Below are positions 8,435-19,100 of a stretch of 64,000 nucleotides of DNA, one piece after another; the stretch's first letter is position 1; every line of letters starts with the position of its first letter. The position numbers were made by a program, and so were the translations under genes. Under the pieces are notes generated by a model. That model was not told the origin of the DNA and did no database searches. It was given only the letters and a program-made list of their open reading frames with translations. Source of the DNA: a bacterium (GTDB taxonomy: Bacteria > Krumholzibacteriota > Krumholzibacteriia > G020349025); assembly GCA_031362565.1 (NCBI GenBank), contig JANLSU010000073.1, forward strand, positions 32,001 through 96,000, given 5' to 3'.

Positions 8435-9528
8435 AACGGTGAACGCAAGCTGGGATTGTTGACGAAGGACGAGTCGGAGAGCGTCATGAGAAACGCGATG
8501 AGGTCTTGCTTGTCCTGGGCGGAGAGCCCCAGCGTGCGGCCGTTGACGCGGATGAACGGGTTCAGGCTGGGCGTATATTTGGCGTGTGAGTCGTAGTGGT
8601 CGAGTACCTCTTCGAGGGTCGCGAAGCGGCCGTCATGCATGTACGGCGCTGTGAATTCGATGTTGCGCAGTGTCGGCGTCTTGAACTTGCCGATGTCATT
8701 GTCGTCGAGCGAGATGACGCTGCGCCCCGGATCGGCAAAGATGGAATCGAGGCCGTTGTTCTGAAAGCCGAAATCCGTGAACATCACGTCGACGTGGCAG
8801 TGAAAGCAGTCGGCCTTCTCGGTGATGAACATCGCGTAGCCGCGGTGTTCGCTCGCCGTCAGGGTGCGGGTGCCGCGCAGCACGAAGTCGTACGGTGAAT
8901 TCGCCGAAACCATCGTCCGTTCGAACTGCGCGATGGCTTTGACGGTGCGATCCCGGGAAATCTCCGGAGTGCGAAACGCGGCTCGGAAGAGGGCCGGGTA
9001 CACCGGGCTGCGCTGGAGCCGTCGCACGGCGACCGTCCACGGCAAATCCATTTCGTCATGGGCGGGAACTGGATCGCCCGCTTGCTCCTCGAGCGTCGCA
9101 CGGCGCCCCTCCCAGAATTGCGCCCGGTTCCAGCCGATGTTCGTCAGCGACGGCGCACTGCGCCGCCCGTCGAGGCCCCGGATGCCGCGGCTGACGCGCC
9201 GGCCATGGTCCGTGAATGCGAATTCCGGCGCATGACACGAGGCACACGACATCGTGCTGTCACCGGAAAGGATCGTGTCGTAGAACAGACGGCGGCCCAA
9301 TTCGACGCCTTGGCGTGTGGTGGGGTTGTCCGGTGGTACCACCATGGCGGGAAAGCCGGGCGCGCTGATTGCCAACGGATCAGGCGCCGGTCCCAAATCG
9401 TCGTTCGGTGGCGTCGGCGACGATCCGCCGCAGCCGGCGCCGATCGCGACGCACATCGCCGCTGCGATCGCCGTCGCGGCTCCGATCGACGTGCGCACCC
9501 CACGCCGGGACGCCTCAAGGCGCGTCAT
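8431..9528 (-). CDS. mbnH: di-heme cytochrome c peroxidase, MbnH/MauG family, lipoprotein
   Basis: Two CxxCH motifs (SCASCH, CFHCH), VPPDNPTT, LGRRLFYD, QFWEGR, FKTPTLRNIEFTAPYMHDG; lipobox GAGC. Confidence 0.85.
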   Translation of the reverse strand: MTRLEASRRGVRTSIGAATAIAAAMCVAIGAGCGGSSPTPPNDDLGPAPDPLAISAPGFPAMVVPPDNPTTRQGVELGRRLFYDTILSGDSTMSCASCHAPEFAFTDHGRRVSRGIRGLDGRRSAPSLTNIGWNRAQFWEGRRATLEEQAGDPVPAHDEMDLPWTVAVRRLQRSPVYPALFRAAFRTPEISRDRTVKAIAQFERTMVSANSPYDFVLRGTRTLTASEHRGYAMFITEKADCFHCHVDVMFTDFGFQNNGLDSIFADPGRSVISLDDNDIGKFKTPTLRNIEFTAPYMHDGRFATLEEVLDHYDSHAKYTPSLNPFIRVNGRTLGLSAQDKQDLIAFLMTLSDSSFVNNPSLRSPF

Positions 9529-10324
9529 GGACCACCGTTCCGATCTGGAACACATGCGCACCGTTTTCGTGCAGCGCTTGCAATGCCGCTGGATTCTCCA
9601 TCTCGTTCTCGCGGCCGAGGTTGGTGAAATCGAACTGGGTTGGCGTCGCGAACCAGGCGTTCACGTCCATGACCACATGCAACGTCCAGGCATCGACGGC
9701 GACTTGCAGTGTTAGTGGGATTTCGACTTGGAAACCAGGATCGAGCGGCACCGGATCGGTGCTGCGGTGCAGTCGCCCAAGATGCGCCAACCAAGCGACT
9801 TGACCGCCGATGTCGGTGAAACGGCCGTCCAGCTGCATGTAGTGGTAGCCGCCGCCGTTCAAGGCGGGCCACGTCATGTTCGAGTTTTCGACCGTGCCCG
9901 GAAGCCCGCCCTGGTGGTTGTGCGCCGCGTCGACACCGAACGTGAAACGCAGTGCCGTGTACTGACCATTCGGCGCCTCAATCACGAGGTTGCGCGTCGT
10001 TTCGATGGCCGCGTCTCGATAGAAGACCTCCGGGCCGGCGGCGCTCCCGTCGGCGCGCACCAACTCGATGCCCGAGATGTAGTAGCGCAAGTCGAAGACG
10101 TTGTAGTCGTTGCCGGCGGCGTTCTGGTACCGGGCCGAATTCAAAGTCAGCGGCGCGCCGCTCACTTGGTGATCGAAGGCGATCGTGACGTGGCCCGTGG
10201 GAGCAGGGGCGGCCGACTTGTCGCAGCCGCTGCCGAGCGCCAAAACGATCGCCAAGGCGCCGCCGGCGATCGCGGCGCCACGAAATACGTCCCCGGGCTT
10301 GCGGCAGGATCGGTCGAAGGTCAT
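9515..10324 (-). CDS. mbnP: MbnP-family lipoprotein
   Basis: Lipobox GSGC, LRYYISGIEL, G.Y..LRF.FGVD..HN, MTWP...GGGYHYMQLDG; directly upstream of and overlapping the MbnH-like gene. Confidence 0.75.
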   Translation of the reverse strand: MTFDRSCRKPGDVFRGAAIAGGALAIVLALGSGCDKSAAPAPTGHVTIAFDHQVSGAPLTLNSARYQNAAGNDYNVFDLRYYISGIELVRADGSAAGPEVFYRDAAIETTRNLVIEAPNGQYTALRFTFGVDAAHNHQGGLPGTVENSNMTWPALNGGGYHYMQLDGRFTDIGGQVAWLAHLGRLHRSTDPVPLDPGFQVEIPLTLQVAVDAWTLHVVMDVNAWFATPTQFDFTNLGRENEMENPAALQALHENGAHVFQIGTVVHDAP

Positions 10325-10442
10325 CGTTTGGTGCCTCACCGGATCGGGGAGGGGACAGGGGCGAGGTGCTCCTTCCAATATGATAGGCGCTGACCCCCCG
10401 TTCAAGCGGGCGCCCGCGGAGGTTTCGGTGCCGGTCTCACGA

Positions 10443-11585
10443 ATGAACCCGATCTTGACCGCCTTGGCCGGCGGTCTGCTCGTGGCATCCCCAAGCAGCG
10501 CAAGGACTTGGCACGTGCCATCGGTGGTGCCGACGATCCAAGCTGGGATCGATTCCGCGGCCGTGGGTGACACCGTGCTGGTGGCGCCGGGGACCTACAC
10601 CGGAGATGGCAACCGCGACATCGATTTTTTGGGCAAGAATATCGTCGTCCGATCCTCGGCCGGGGCCGGCGTCACGACGATCGATGTGGAGTCCGGCGTC
10701 GGGAATCCGCATCGCGGCTTTTACATCGCGCGTGGTGAAGGTCCGGCAGCGGTGCTCGACGGCTTTACCATCGTGCGTGGCTATATGGGTACGCGTCCCG
10801 GCGTGGTCGCCGCGGCCGGTTTGCCGCGCACCGCACACGATTTGAGTGGCGGCGGCATCAAGTGCCAGGACGCTTCTCCGACGCTTCGGAATCTCGTGCT
10901 CCGCAATTGCGGCAGCGAGTACACCGGCGGCGGCCTCGATTTCGAAGTCCTCGCGGCGCCGCTGGTGACCAACTGTGTTATCGAAGGCTGTTTCGCGGGT
11001 TTTCAAGGCGGCGGCATCACCATCGAATCGCTGTCGAGCCCGACGATTCGCGATTGCGTCGTGACCGGCTGCGCGGCGCAGTTTGGCGGCGGGATCGGCT
11101 GCAGCGCCTTCGGCACGATCACCAACTGTATCTTCGCCGGCAACAAGGCGGTGACGATTCCGCCTTGGAACGGCCCGCCGTTTGGGGCCGGAATCGCGGT
11201 GAAAGGCCAGGGGACGCCGCAATTCCAGCGGGTCCTCGTCGGCAACGACTGCACTCCCGACGGCGCCGGCGACATCTTTATCGAGACGCAGGCGACGTTC
11301 GCGGTGGGCTGCAGCGTCTTCGACCCCGACAACATCGTCAAACAGGGGTTCGGTGCCATTTCGGTCACGAGCCCGAATGTGGCGGGGCGGCCGGCGTTCT
11401 GCTTTCCGCTCGACTGCGGGCTGGCGCCGGTCGTGGGCGGGGACTACCACCTGCAGGCGGGGTCGCCGGGGCTGGTGGCGACGAGCCCGTGCGGGCAGGA
11501 CATTGGGCCGCTGGGGCAGGGGTGTGTGGCGCAGACGCGGGTGGAGGGGGTTTCGTGGGGGCGGGTGAAGGGGATGTATCGGTAG
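10443..11585 (+). CDS. secreted right-handed parallel beta-helix protein with C-terminal SWGRVKGMYR tail
   Basis: Signal peptide, TIQAGIDSA..GDTVLVAPGTY, repeated GGGI/NC motifs, DYHLQAGSP. Confidence 0.8.
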   Translation: MNPILTALAGGLLVASPSSARTWHVPSVVPTIQAGIDSAAVGDTVLVAPGTYTGDGNRDIDFLGKNIVVRSSAGAGVTTIDVESGVGNPHRGFYIARGEGPAAVLDGFTIVRGYMGTRPGVVAAAGLPRTAHDLSGGGIKCQDASPTLRNLVLRNCGSEYTGGGLDFEVLAAPLVTNCVIEGCFAGFQGGGITIESLSSPTIRDCVVTGCAAQFGGGIGCSAFGTITNCIFAGNKAVTIPPWNGPPFGAGIAVKGQGTPQFQRVLVGNDCTPDGAGDIFIETQATFAVGCSVFDPDNIVKQGFGAISVTSPNVAGRPAFCFPLDCGLAPVVGGDYHLQAGSPGLVATSPCGQDIGPLGQGCVAQTRVEGVSWGRVKGMYR

Positions 11586-11615
11586 GGGGACGGCGGACCA
11601 CACCTCCCCGCCCCT

Positions 11616-11638
11616 TACACGGCCCTTCGGGCCGTGTG
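11616..11638. terminator. stem-loop between the beta-helix gene and the groEL promoter
   Basis: TACACGGC...GCCGTGTG inverted repeat; no clear U-tract. Confidence 0.4.
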
Positions 11639-11646
11639 ACTAGGCC

Positions 11647-11681
11647 TTGACAGTTTGGCAGTCGCAAGTACAGAGTGCTAA
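11647..11681 (+). promoter_or_regulatory. -35 box and CIRCE element (HrcA operator)
   Basis: TTGACA at 11647-11652. TTGGCAGTC-N9-GAGTGCTAA at 11655-11681 versus consensus TTAGCACTC-N9-GAGTGCTAA. Confidence 0.9.
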
Positions 11682-11795
11682 CAGGCTTCGGGACGGCTGC
11701 CAGCGCGGCCTAACCCCAAATTTTACAGATGGTTCCATACCAGAGACCGAAGTCAAAACCGCTGCCGGGCCCGGCCCGCACGCGGGCGCTCGTGA

Positions 11796-13487
<1,692 letters not shown>

Positions 13488-13516
13488 TCCGTGCTCGCTG
13501 CCGCTCACATCGGCAT

Positions 13517-13552
13517 CGCGGGGGTCGGCAGGGCCGGCCCCCGCGCCGTTTT
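13517..13552 (+). terminator. probable intrinsic terminator after groEL
   Basis: GCGGGGGTCGGC-AGG-GCCGGCCCCCGC hairpin followed by GCCGTTTT. Confidence 0.5.
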
Positions 13553-13702
13553 GCGACCGTCGTGCCGCCGCCTCTCCGCACCCCGCTCGAGAGCGATGGC
13601 CTTCTTGAAGGGACGGTGCCGGTCCCCTTCGAAGTGTCGGGAGACTCCAGGCGCGTCATTCCGCTGGATTCCGAAGGCCGTTGTGGAGGATCATCGCACC
13701 CG

Positions 13703-14923
13703 ATGATGGATTCGTCGCACGCAGGCCTGCCACAGCACCCAGTCGCGACCACGGAGCTCACCTTCGCGGCACTCGGTCTCTCGGAGTCCGCGTTGCGCTG
13801 TGTGACGCAGCTCGGCTTCGTGCACCCGACCCCCATCCAGGCCGAAGTGATTCCGACCGCACTCACCGGCCGCGATCTCATCGGTTTGGCGGAGACCGGC
13901 TCCGGTAAGACCGCCGCTTTCGCACTGCCGATCGCCGAGCGCCTGACGCATGGGCACGGACTGCGCGGCCTCATTCTGGCGCCGACGCGCGAAATCGCCC
14001 TGCAGACCAAGGCGTTCCTCGATATTTTTGGTGAGCACCACCACTTGCGCACCGTCTGTTTGATCGGCGGCGTCAAGATCGGCCCGCAGATCGATCAGCT
14101 CAAGAAGCCGCCGGACATCATCGTGGCGACACCGGGACGCTGCCTCGATCACGTGCAGCGCCGCACGGTGAAACTCGATGGAGTCGTGGAGCTCGTTCTC
14201 GACGAAGCCGATCACATGCTCGACATGGGGTTTTGGCCGCAGGTAGAGCGGATTCTGCACGAACTGCCGCGCGAACGGCACACGATGATGTTCTCGGCTA
14301 CCATGCCGGGGCCCATCGAACGGCTGGCATCGCGCTTCATGAAGGACCCCCTGCGCGTCGACATCACGCCCCAGGGCATGACGGCGTCGGGCATCAGCCA
14401 CCGGTTGTATCTCGTCAACACGACCGACAAGAAGGCGTGCATCCTGGCCCTCTTGCACCAGGAACTCGGCAGCACGCTGGTGTTCATCCGCCGCAAGATG
14501 GACGCCGATTGGCTGTTCCGGGTGCTGCAGAAGGAAGGCCACCCGGTCGACGTGATCCACTCGGATCGCACCCAAGGCCAGAGAGTCGACGCGCTGGAGG
14601 GCTTTCGCGAAGGCCAGCACCGTATCCTCGTCGCCACCGATATCGCGGCGCGCGGGATCGACGTGCGCGGTATCCAGCACGTGATCAACTTCGACATTCC
14701 CGACACCGTCGAGGATTACGTCCACCGCAGCGGGCGTACGGCACGTGCCGACGCGGTCGGCATCGTCTCGACGATCGCGACCTGGATGGACAAGTCGATC
14801 ATCATGCAGATCGAACAGGCCATCGAGCAGCAACTGCCGCGCTGCACCGTCCCCGGCGTCGAGCCCTACGTCGAGTCGAAGCCGCGGGCGCGCAGCCGCT
14901 CCGGCCGGCCGATGCGGCGCTGA
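13703..14923 (+). CDS. DEAD-box RNA helicase (RhlE-like)
   Basis: PTPIQ, AETGSGKT, PTREIA, TPGR, LDEAD, SAT, ATDIAARGID, HRSGRTAR. Confidence 0.97.
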   Translation: MMDSSHAGLPQHPVATTELTFAALGLSESALRCVTQLGFVHPTPIQAEVIPTALTGRDLIGLAETGSGKTAAFALPIAERLTHGHGLRGLILAPTREIALQTKAFLDIFGEHHHLRTVCLIGGVKIGPQIDQLKKPPDIIVATPGRCLDHVQRRTVKLDGVVELVLDEADHMLDMGFWPQVERILHELPRERHTMMFSATMPGPIERLASRFMKDPLRVDITPQGMTASGISHRLYLVNTTDKKACILALLHQELGSTLVFIRRKMDADWLFRVLQKEGHPVDVIHSDRTQGQRVDALEGFREGQHRILVATDIAARGIDVRGIQHVINFDIPDTVEDYVHRSGRTARADAVGIVSTIATWMDKSIIMQIEQAIEQQLPRCTVPGVEPYVESKPRARSRSGRPMRR

Positions 14924-14967
14924 TCCTGCCATGAGTCCAAGCCGCCATCCCCGGCGCGGGTGAAGCC

Positions 14968-15813
14968 ATGCCGCTGCCATCTCCGCCGCCGCGTGTCGTC
15001 GTGCTCGTGTTGGCGTGGAACGGCAGGGCGCTCACCGAAGCCTGCATCGCGTCGTATCTGGCGCAGGACTATCCGAACTTCGAAGTGCATGTCGTCGACA
15101 ATGCGTCGACCGATGGCACGCCGGCGGCACTGCGGGCGCGCTTTGGGGACCGCATTCGGCTGCTCGAGAACGGCTCGAACTTGCTCTTCGCGGGCGGGAT
15201 GAACGTCGGGCTGCGCGCTGCCTTGGCGCGCGGCGCCGAGTACATCTTGCTCTCCAACAACGATGTCGAAGCCGACCCGGGGCTCTTGCGGGCCCTCATG
15301 GAGCGCCTTCTTGCGGCGCCACGGATCGGCGCCGTAGCACCCAAGATCTATTACTTCGAGCCCCGTGATGTGATCTGGTTTGCGGGGGCGGATCTGCCGT
15401 TGTGGACCGGTTGGTCGCGGCATCGGGGCCTGCGTGAGGTCGATCGCGGCCAATATGATCGCGCGCTCGAGTGCGACTACTTGACGGGGTGTGCTTTCCT
15501 CGTGCGCCGCACGGCGCTCGAGGAGGTCGGACTCTTCGACACCGGTTACGCCATGTATGCCGAGGATGCCGACTGGTGCTTCCGGGCGCGGCGCCTCGGG
15601 TGGCGTTTGTTCTACGAACCGCAGGCGCGGCTCTGGCATCACGTATCGGCGGCGGCCGGCGCCCGTTCGTGGTTCAAGGTGCGCCGCCGCATCGCCAGCC
15701 AACTGCGTTTCTTGCGCCGCCATGCACGCTGGTACCACTGGTTCGTCATTCCGTTCGGCACTGCGGCAGAGGCGTGTCGCATCGCCGCGGTCTTGGTGCG
15801 ACAGCGCCGCTGA
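14968..15813 (+). CDS. glycosyltransferase family 2
   Basis: VVDNASTDG, FAGGMN.G, LSNND, TGCAFL, YAEDADWC.RA. Confidence 0.93.
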   Translation: MPLPSPPPRVVVLVLAWNGRALTEACIASYLAQDYPNFEVHVVDNASTDGTPAALRARFGDRIRLLENGSNLLFAGGMNVGLRAALARGAEYILLSNNDVEADPGLLRALMERLLAAPRIGAVAPKIYYFEPRDVIWFAGADLPLWTGWSRHRGLREVDRGQYDRALECDYLTGCAFLVRRTALEEVGLFDTGYAMYAEDADWCFRARRLGWRLFYEPQARLWHHVSAAAGARSWFKVRRRIASQLRFLRRHARWYHWFVIPFGTAAEACRIAAVLVRQRR

Positions 15814-15818
15814 CATCC

Positions 15819-15851
15819 AAAAAAAACGGCCCCAGGCGAACCCGGAGCCGT
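15819..15851 (-). terminator. intrinsic terminator on the minus strand
   Basis: Minus strand: ACGGCUCCGGG-UUCG-CCUGGGGCCGU followed by U7. Confidence 0.85.
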
Positions 15852-15927
15852 GGAAATCTCTCGCCGTTCGGCGCGGAGTCAGAACGAGGGTGTTTTAACT
15901 GGCCGCCGGCCGAGAGACTCCGGCGGC
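15819..15927 (-). ncRNA. candidate small RNA (~110 nt, possibly longer)
   Basis: Extended -10 TGcTAGGCT (15940-15932), 5' hairpin GCCGCCGG/CCGGCGGC, A-rich linker, then the terminator; no credible minus-strand CDS. Confidence 0.45.
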
Positions 15928-15940
15928 GAGGAGCCTAGCA

Positions 15941-16039
15941 ATCTTCCAGACACACCGCGAGCCCCCAGGCGCACTTCGAATTCATTTTCCAGACACCTCC
16001 CGGCCGCCAACTGCGGCCGCGGGAGTATTTTCCAGACAC
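15941..16039. repeat. three 13-nt direct repeats AT(C/T)TTCCAGACAC at exact 43-nt period
   Basis: Copies start at 15941, 15984 and 16027, separated by two unrelated 30-nt spacers. Confidence 0.9.
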
Positions 16040-16084
16040 TTCGCACCAGCCGGCCGCCGGAATCACCGGTATCGCGCCGGGCGG

Positions 16085-16099
16085 TGGCATTGCTTTTGC
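16085..16099 (+). promoter_or_regulatory. sigma-54 (-24/-12) promoter-like motif
   Basis: TGGCATTGCTTTTGC is GG-N10-GC, close to TGGCAC-N5-TTGC; about 100 nt before ATG 16198. Confidence 0.6.
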
Positions 16100-16197
16100 C
16101 TTTTTCGGGGCAGATGCCGCAATTTCCCGGGGGGTCCGGCTCGTAGCCGCCACGATCCCGCAGCGCCAACAAGCCGCGACGCCATGGAGAAACATCG

Positions 16198-19100
16198 ATG
16201 CTCGAGAAGTTTCAGGCCCGCGACCGCCGCTTTATCGTCGTGTGCTTGGCGATCGCGGTCGTGTGCGGGGCAATCGCGCTGCGTTACTTCGGGCGCGCTT
16301 TCCCCGAGGCCTCGATTCACTTCGCAGTCAACCGGACGCAGTCCGGTGACGTGGCGCGAGACTTCTTGGCCAAGGCCGGGGAATCCGCCGCCGGTTTCAA
16401 TCACGCCACGGTGTTCGACTTCGACGAACAGACCAAGACCTATCTCGAGCGGCAACTCGGCCTCGAACGCGCCCAAGAGGTGTACGGCAAGCAAGTTCGC
16501 TTGTGGCGTTGGAGCCATCGCTGGTTCAAGCCGCAGCAGAAGGAAGAACTGCGCGTCGATGTCACCGCGGGTGGCGAGGTCGCCCGCTTCGCGCATCTGT
16601 TGCCCGAGGACGCACCGGGCGCCACCGTGGAGCCCGAATCGGCACGCGCCATCGCCGAGCATTTCCTGGGCACCCGGATGGGCGTGGAACTCGGCGGCTG
16701 GGACTTCGTCGAAGGCAGTTCCTCGCAACAGCCGCATCGTGTCGACCACTCTTTCACCTGGAAGAAGCACGACTTGGATCTGGGTGACCCGGATGCGACC
16801 TATCGCATCACGGTCGATATCGCCGGCGATCGCGTCGCCGGGTACGACGAACATTTGGAGATTCCGCAGACCTGGCAGGACGACTATTCACGATTGCGGG
16901 CCCGCAACGACACGGCGGCGTTGGTTGCCACGGTCTTCCTGATCCTGACCCTTCTCGCGATGACCGGGTCGCTCGTGCTGCGCATTCGCGATCGCGATGT
17001 GCGGTGGCGTACGGTGACCGGCTTTGGGCTCGTGGCCTTCGTGCTGCAGCTGGCCTCGGCGCTCAACCAGTTCGATCTCGAGAAGTTTCAATACGAGACT
17101 CAGAACAGCTATCCGTCGTTCGTGACACAGTTCGCGCTACAAGCGGTTTTTGGCGCCCTGGCGCTCGGCGGGCTGATCGTCCTGCTGACCGCGGCCGCCG
17201 AGCCGATCTACCGCGAGCGCCACCCCGACAAGCTGGCGCTGCCGTCGTATTTCACCTGGCGCGGCCTCCGCACCAAGAGCTTCTTCGAGCAGGTGCTCCT
17301 CGGCCTGACACTCATGTTCTTCTTTGCGGCGTATCAATCGATTTTCTATGTGTTGGCCGCGAAGTTCGGCGCTTGGGCGCCGCTCGAAGTGCCCTACAGC
17401 AATATGCTCAACACGGCCTTCCCCTGGGCGCTGGTGTTGTTCATCGGTTTCTTCCCAGCGGTTTCCGAGGAATTTATCTCGCGCATGTTCTCGATCCCGT
17501 TCCTCGACAAGCATCTGTCGCGGTTCGCGATTCCCCGGCGCCTGGCGGCGACCGGCGCCGTGTTCTTGGCGTCGTACATCTGGGGGTTCGCGCACTCGAA
17601 TTATCCCAACCAACCGTTTTGGATCCGCGGTGTCGAAGTCGGAACGGCCGGCGTGGTCGTGAGTCTGGTGTTCTGGCGCTGGGGAATACTCGCGACACTC
17701 GTGTGGCACTACACGGTCGACGCCTTTTACACCTCGCTGCTCATGCTGCGTTCGGGGAACGCCTATCTGACAATTTCGGGTGCGATCACCGCGGGACTCA
17801 TGCTGGTGCCGCTCGCCGTCACTCTGGTGATGTATCGGCGCTGTCGCGGCTTCGAGCCGGCGGATGGGCTGTTGAACCGTGACTTGACCGTCCTGCGGCC
17901 GGCGGTGGCCCGGCAGGAAAGCGAACCGGAGCAGGCGCACGCGCCCTATGTCCCCGTGGCGCGCCGGCACATCATCGGGGCGCTGGCGGTCGCCGGCGCG
18001 CTACTGCTGCTGTTCTTCGTTCCCGTCGAGCAACCGGGGGATGGGATCCGGGTCGAGAGCAGCCGGGCGCAGGCCCTGCATGCGGCACGCGGCCATCTGC
18101 ACCGCCTGGGAGCCGATCCAGATCGCTGGCGCGTGGCGGTCCAGGTGGCGAGCCGCTTCGATCCCGGGGTCGGGCGCTACATCGTGCAGCATACGTCGGT
18201 CGCCCACCTCAATCAGGTTTTCACCACCAGGCTTCGGACCCCGGTCTGGCGCGTGCGCTTCTTTCGCCCCGACGAGCGCGAGGAGTGGCTCATCAACCTG
18301 CCGGTGAATGAAATCGCCGGCGACTCGATTCCGCTCTGGGCGTTCGAGCACGTGCTGCCGGACTCCGCTGCCGGCGACACGCTGGGTTTGGATGCGGCGC
18401 AGTTGTTGGCGAGCGATTTTCTGCGCGCCCGCGGCGTCGAGCCCGCCGATCTCGATCTGAAGGAATCCAAATCGGAACGCCAAAAGGCGCGCACCGATCA
18501 CAGCTTCGAGTGGGAGGTTCCGGATTCGACCTTGGAGGGCGCCGGGGCGCGCTACCGGGTCATCGTGCGTGGCGGCGAGGTGGCTGGCTTACGCCCGTAT
18601 ATGCACTTGCCCGAAGCTTGGGTGCGGGCCTACGAGGAAAAATCGGTCCTGCAACGCCTCCTCTGGATGCTTTCGATCGGCCTCGTCTCGCTGGCGGTGG
18701 TCGCGTTGGTCGTGGTCTTTGTGCAACAGATTCTAGCGCGCCGGTTTGCGCTCCGGCCGGCGGTCGTCTGCGGTGCGGTGACCGGGCTCGTATCGCTCTT
18801 GCTGTTCGCGATGCGCTGGCAAAGCGACTCGTTGTGGGAGTACGACGCCAGCCTGCCGTACCATCTGTTCATCGCCGGTATGGCGGTGCGCGCCGTGGTT
18901 CTGTTCATGGGATCGGGCATTGCCGGTGCGTTGCTCTTCGGAACGCTCGTCGCGGTGCGCCCACACGTGCGGAGCCTTTTCGCAGGCCGTCACGACGAAC
19001 GTTATGTGCGGGACGCGGTCGGATTGGCAGCGATTGGCGTTCTGCTCCAGTTCGGTGTACGGCGTTTCGGGATCGTGCTCGATGCGATCACGCCGCACTA

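Noticed and set aside
8431..10324. Methanobactin biosynthetic cluster
   Set aside because: No mbnA, mbnB, mbnC or adjacent transporter in the window.
15941..16039. Calling the phased repeats a canonical CRISPR array
   Set aside because: Repeats are only 13 nt, non-palindromic and in three copies, with no cas genes in the window. Kept as an unexplained repeat.
15850..16195. Short ORFs across the repeat region
   Set aside because: No SD or motifs, and the 43-nt period is not a multiple of 3, so the repeats are not coding repeats.
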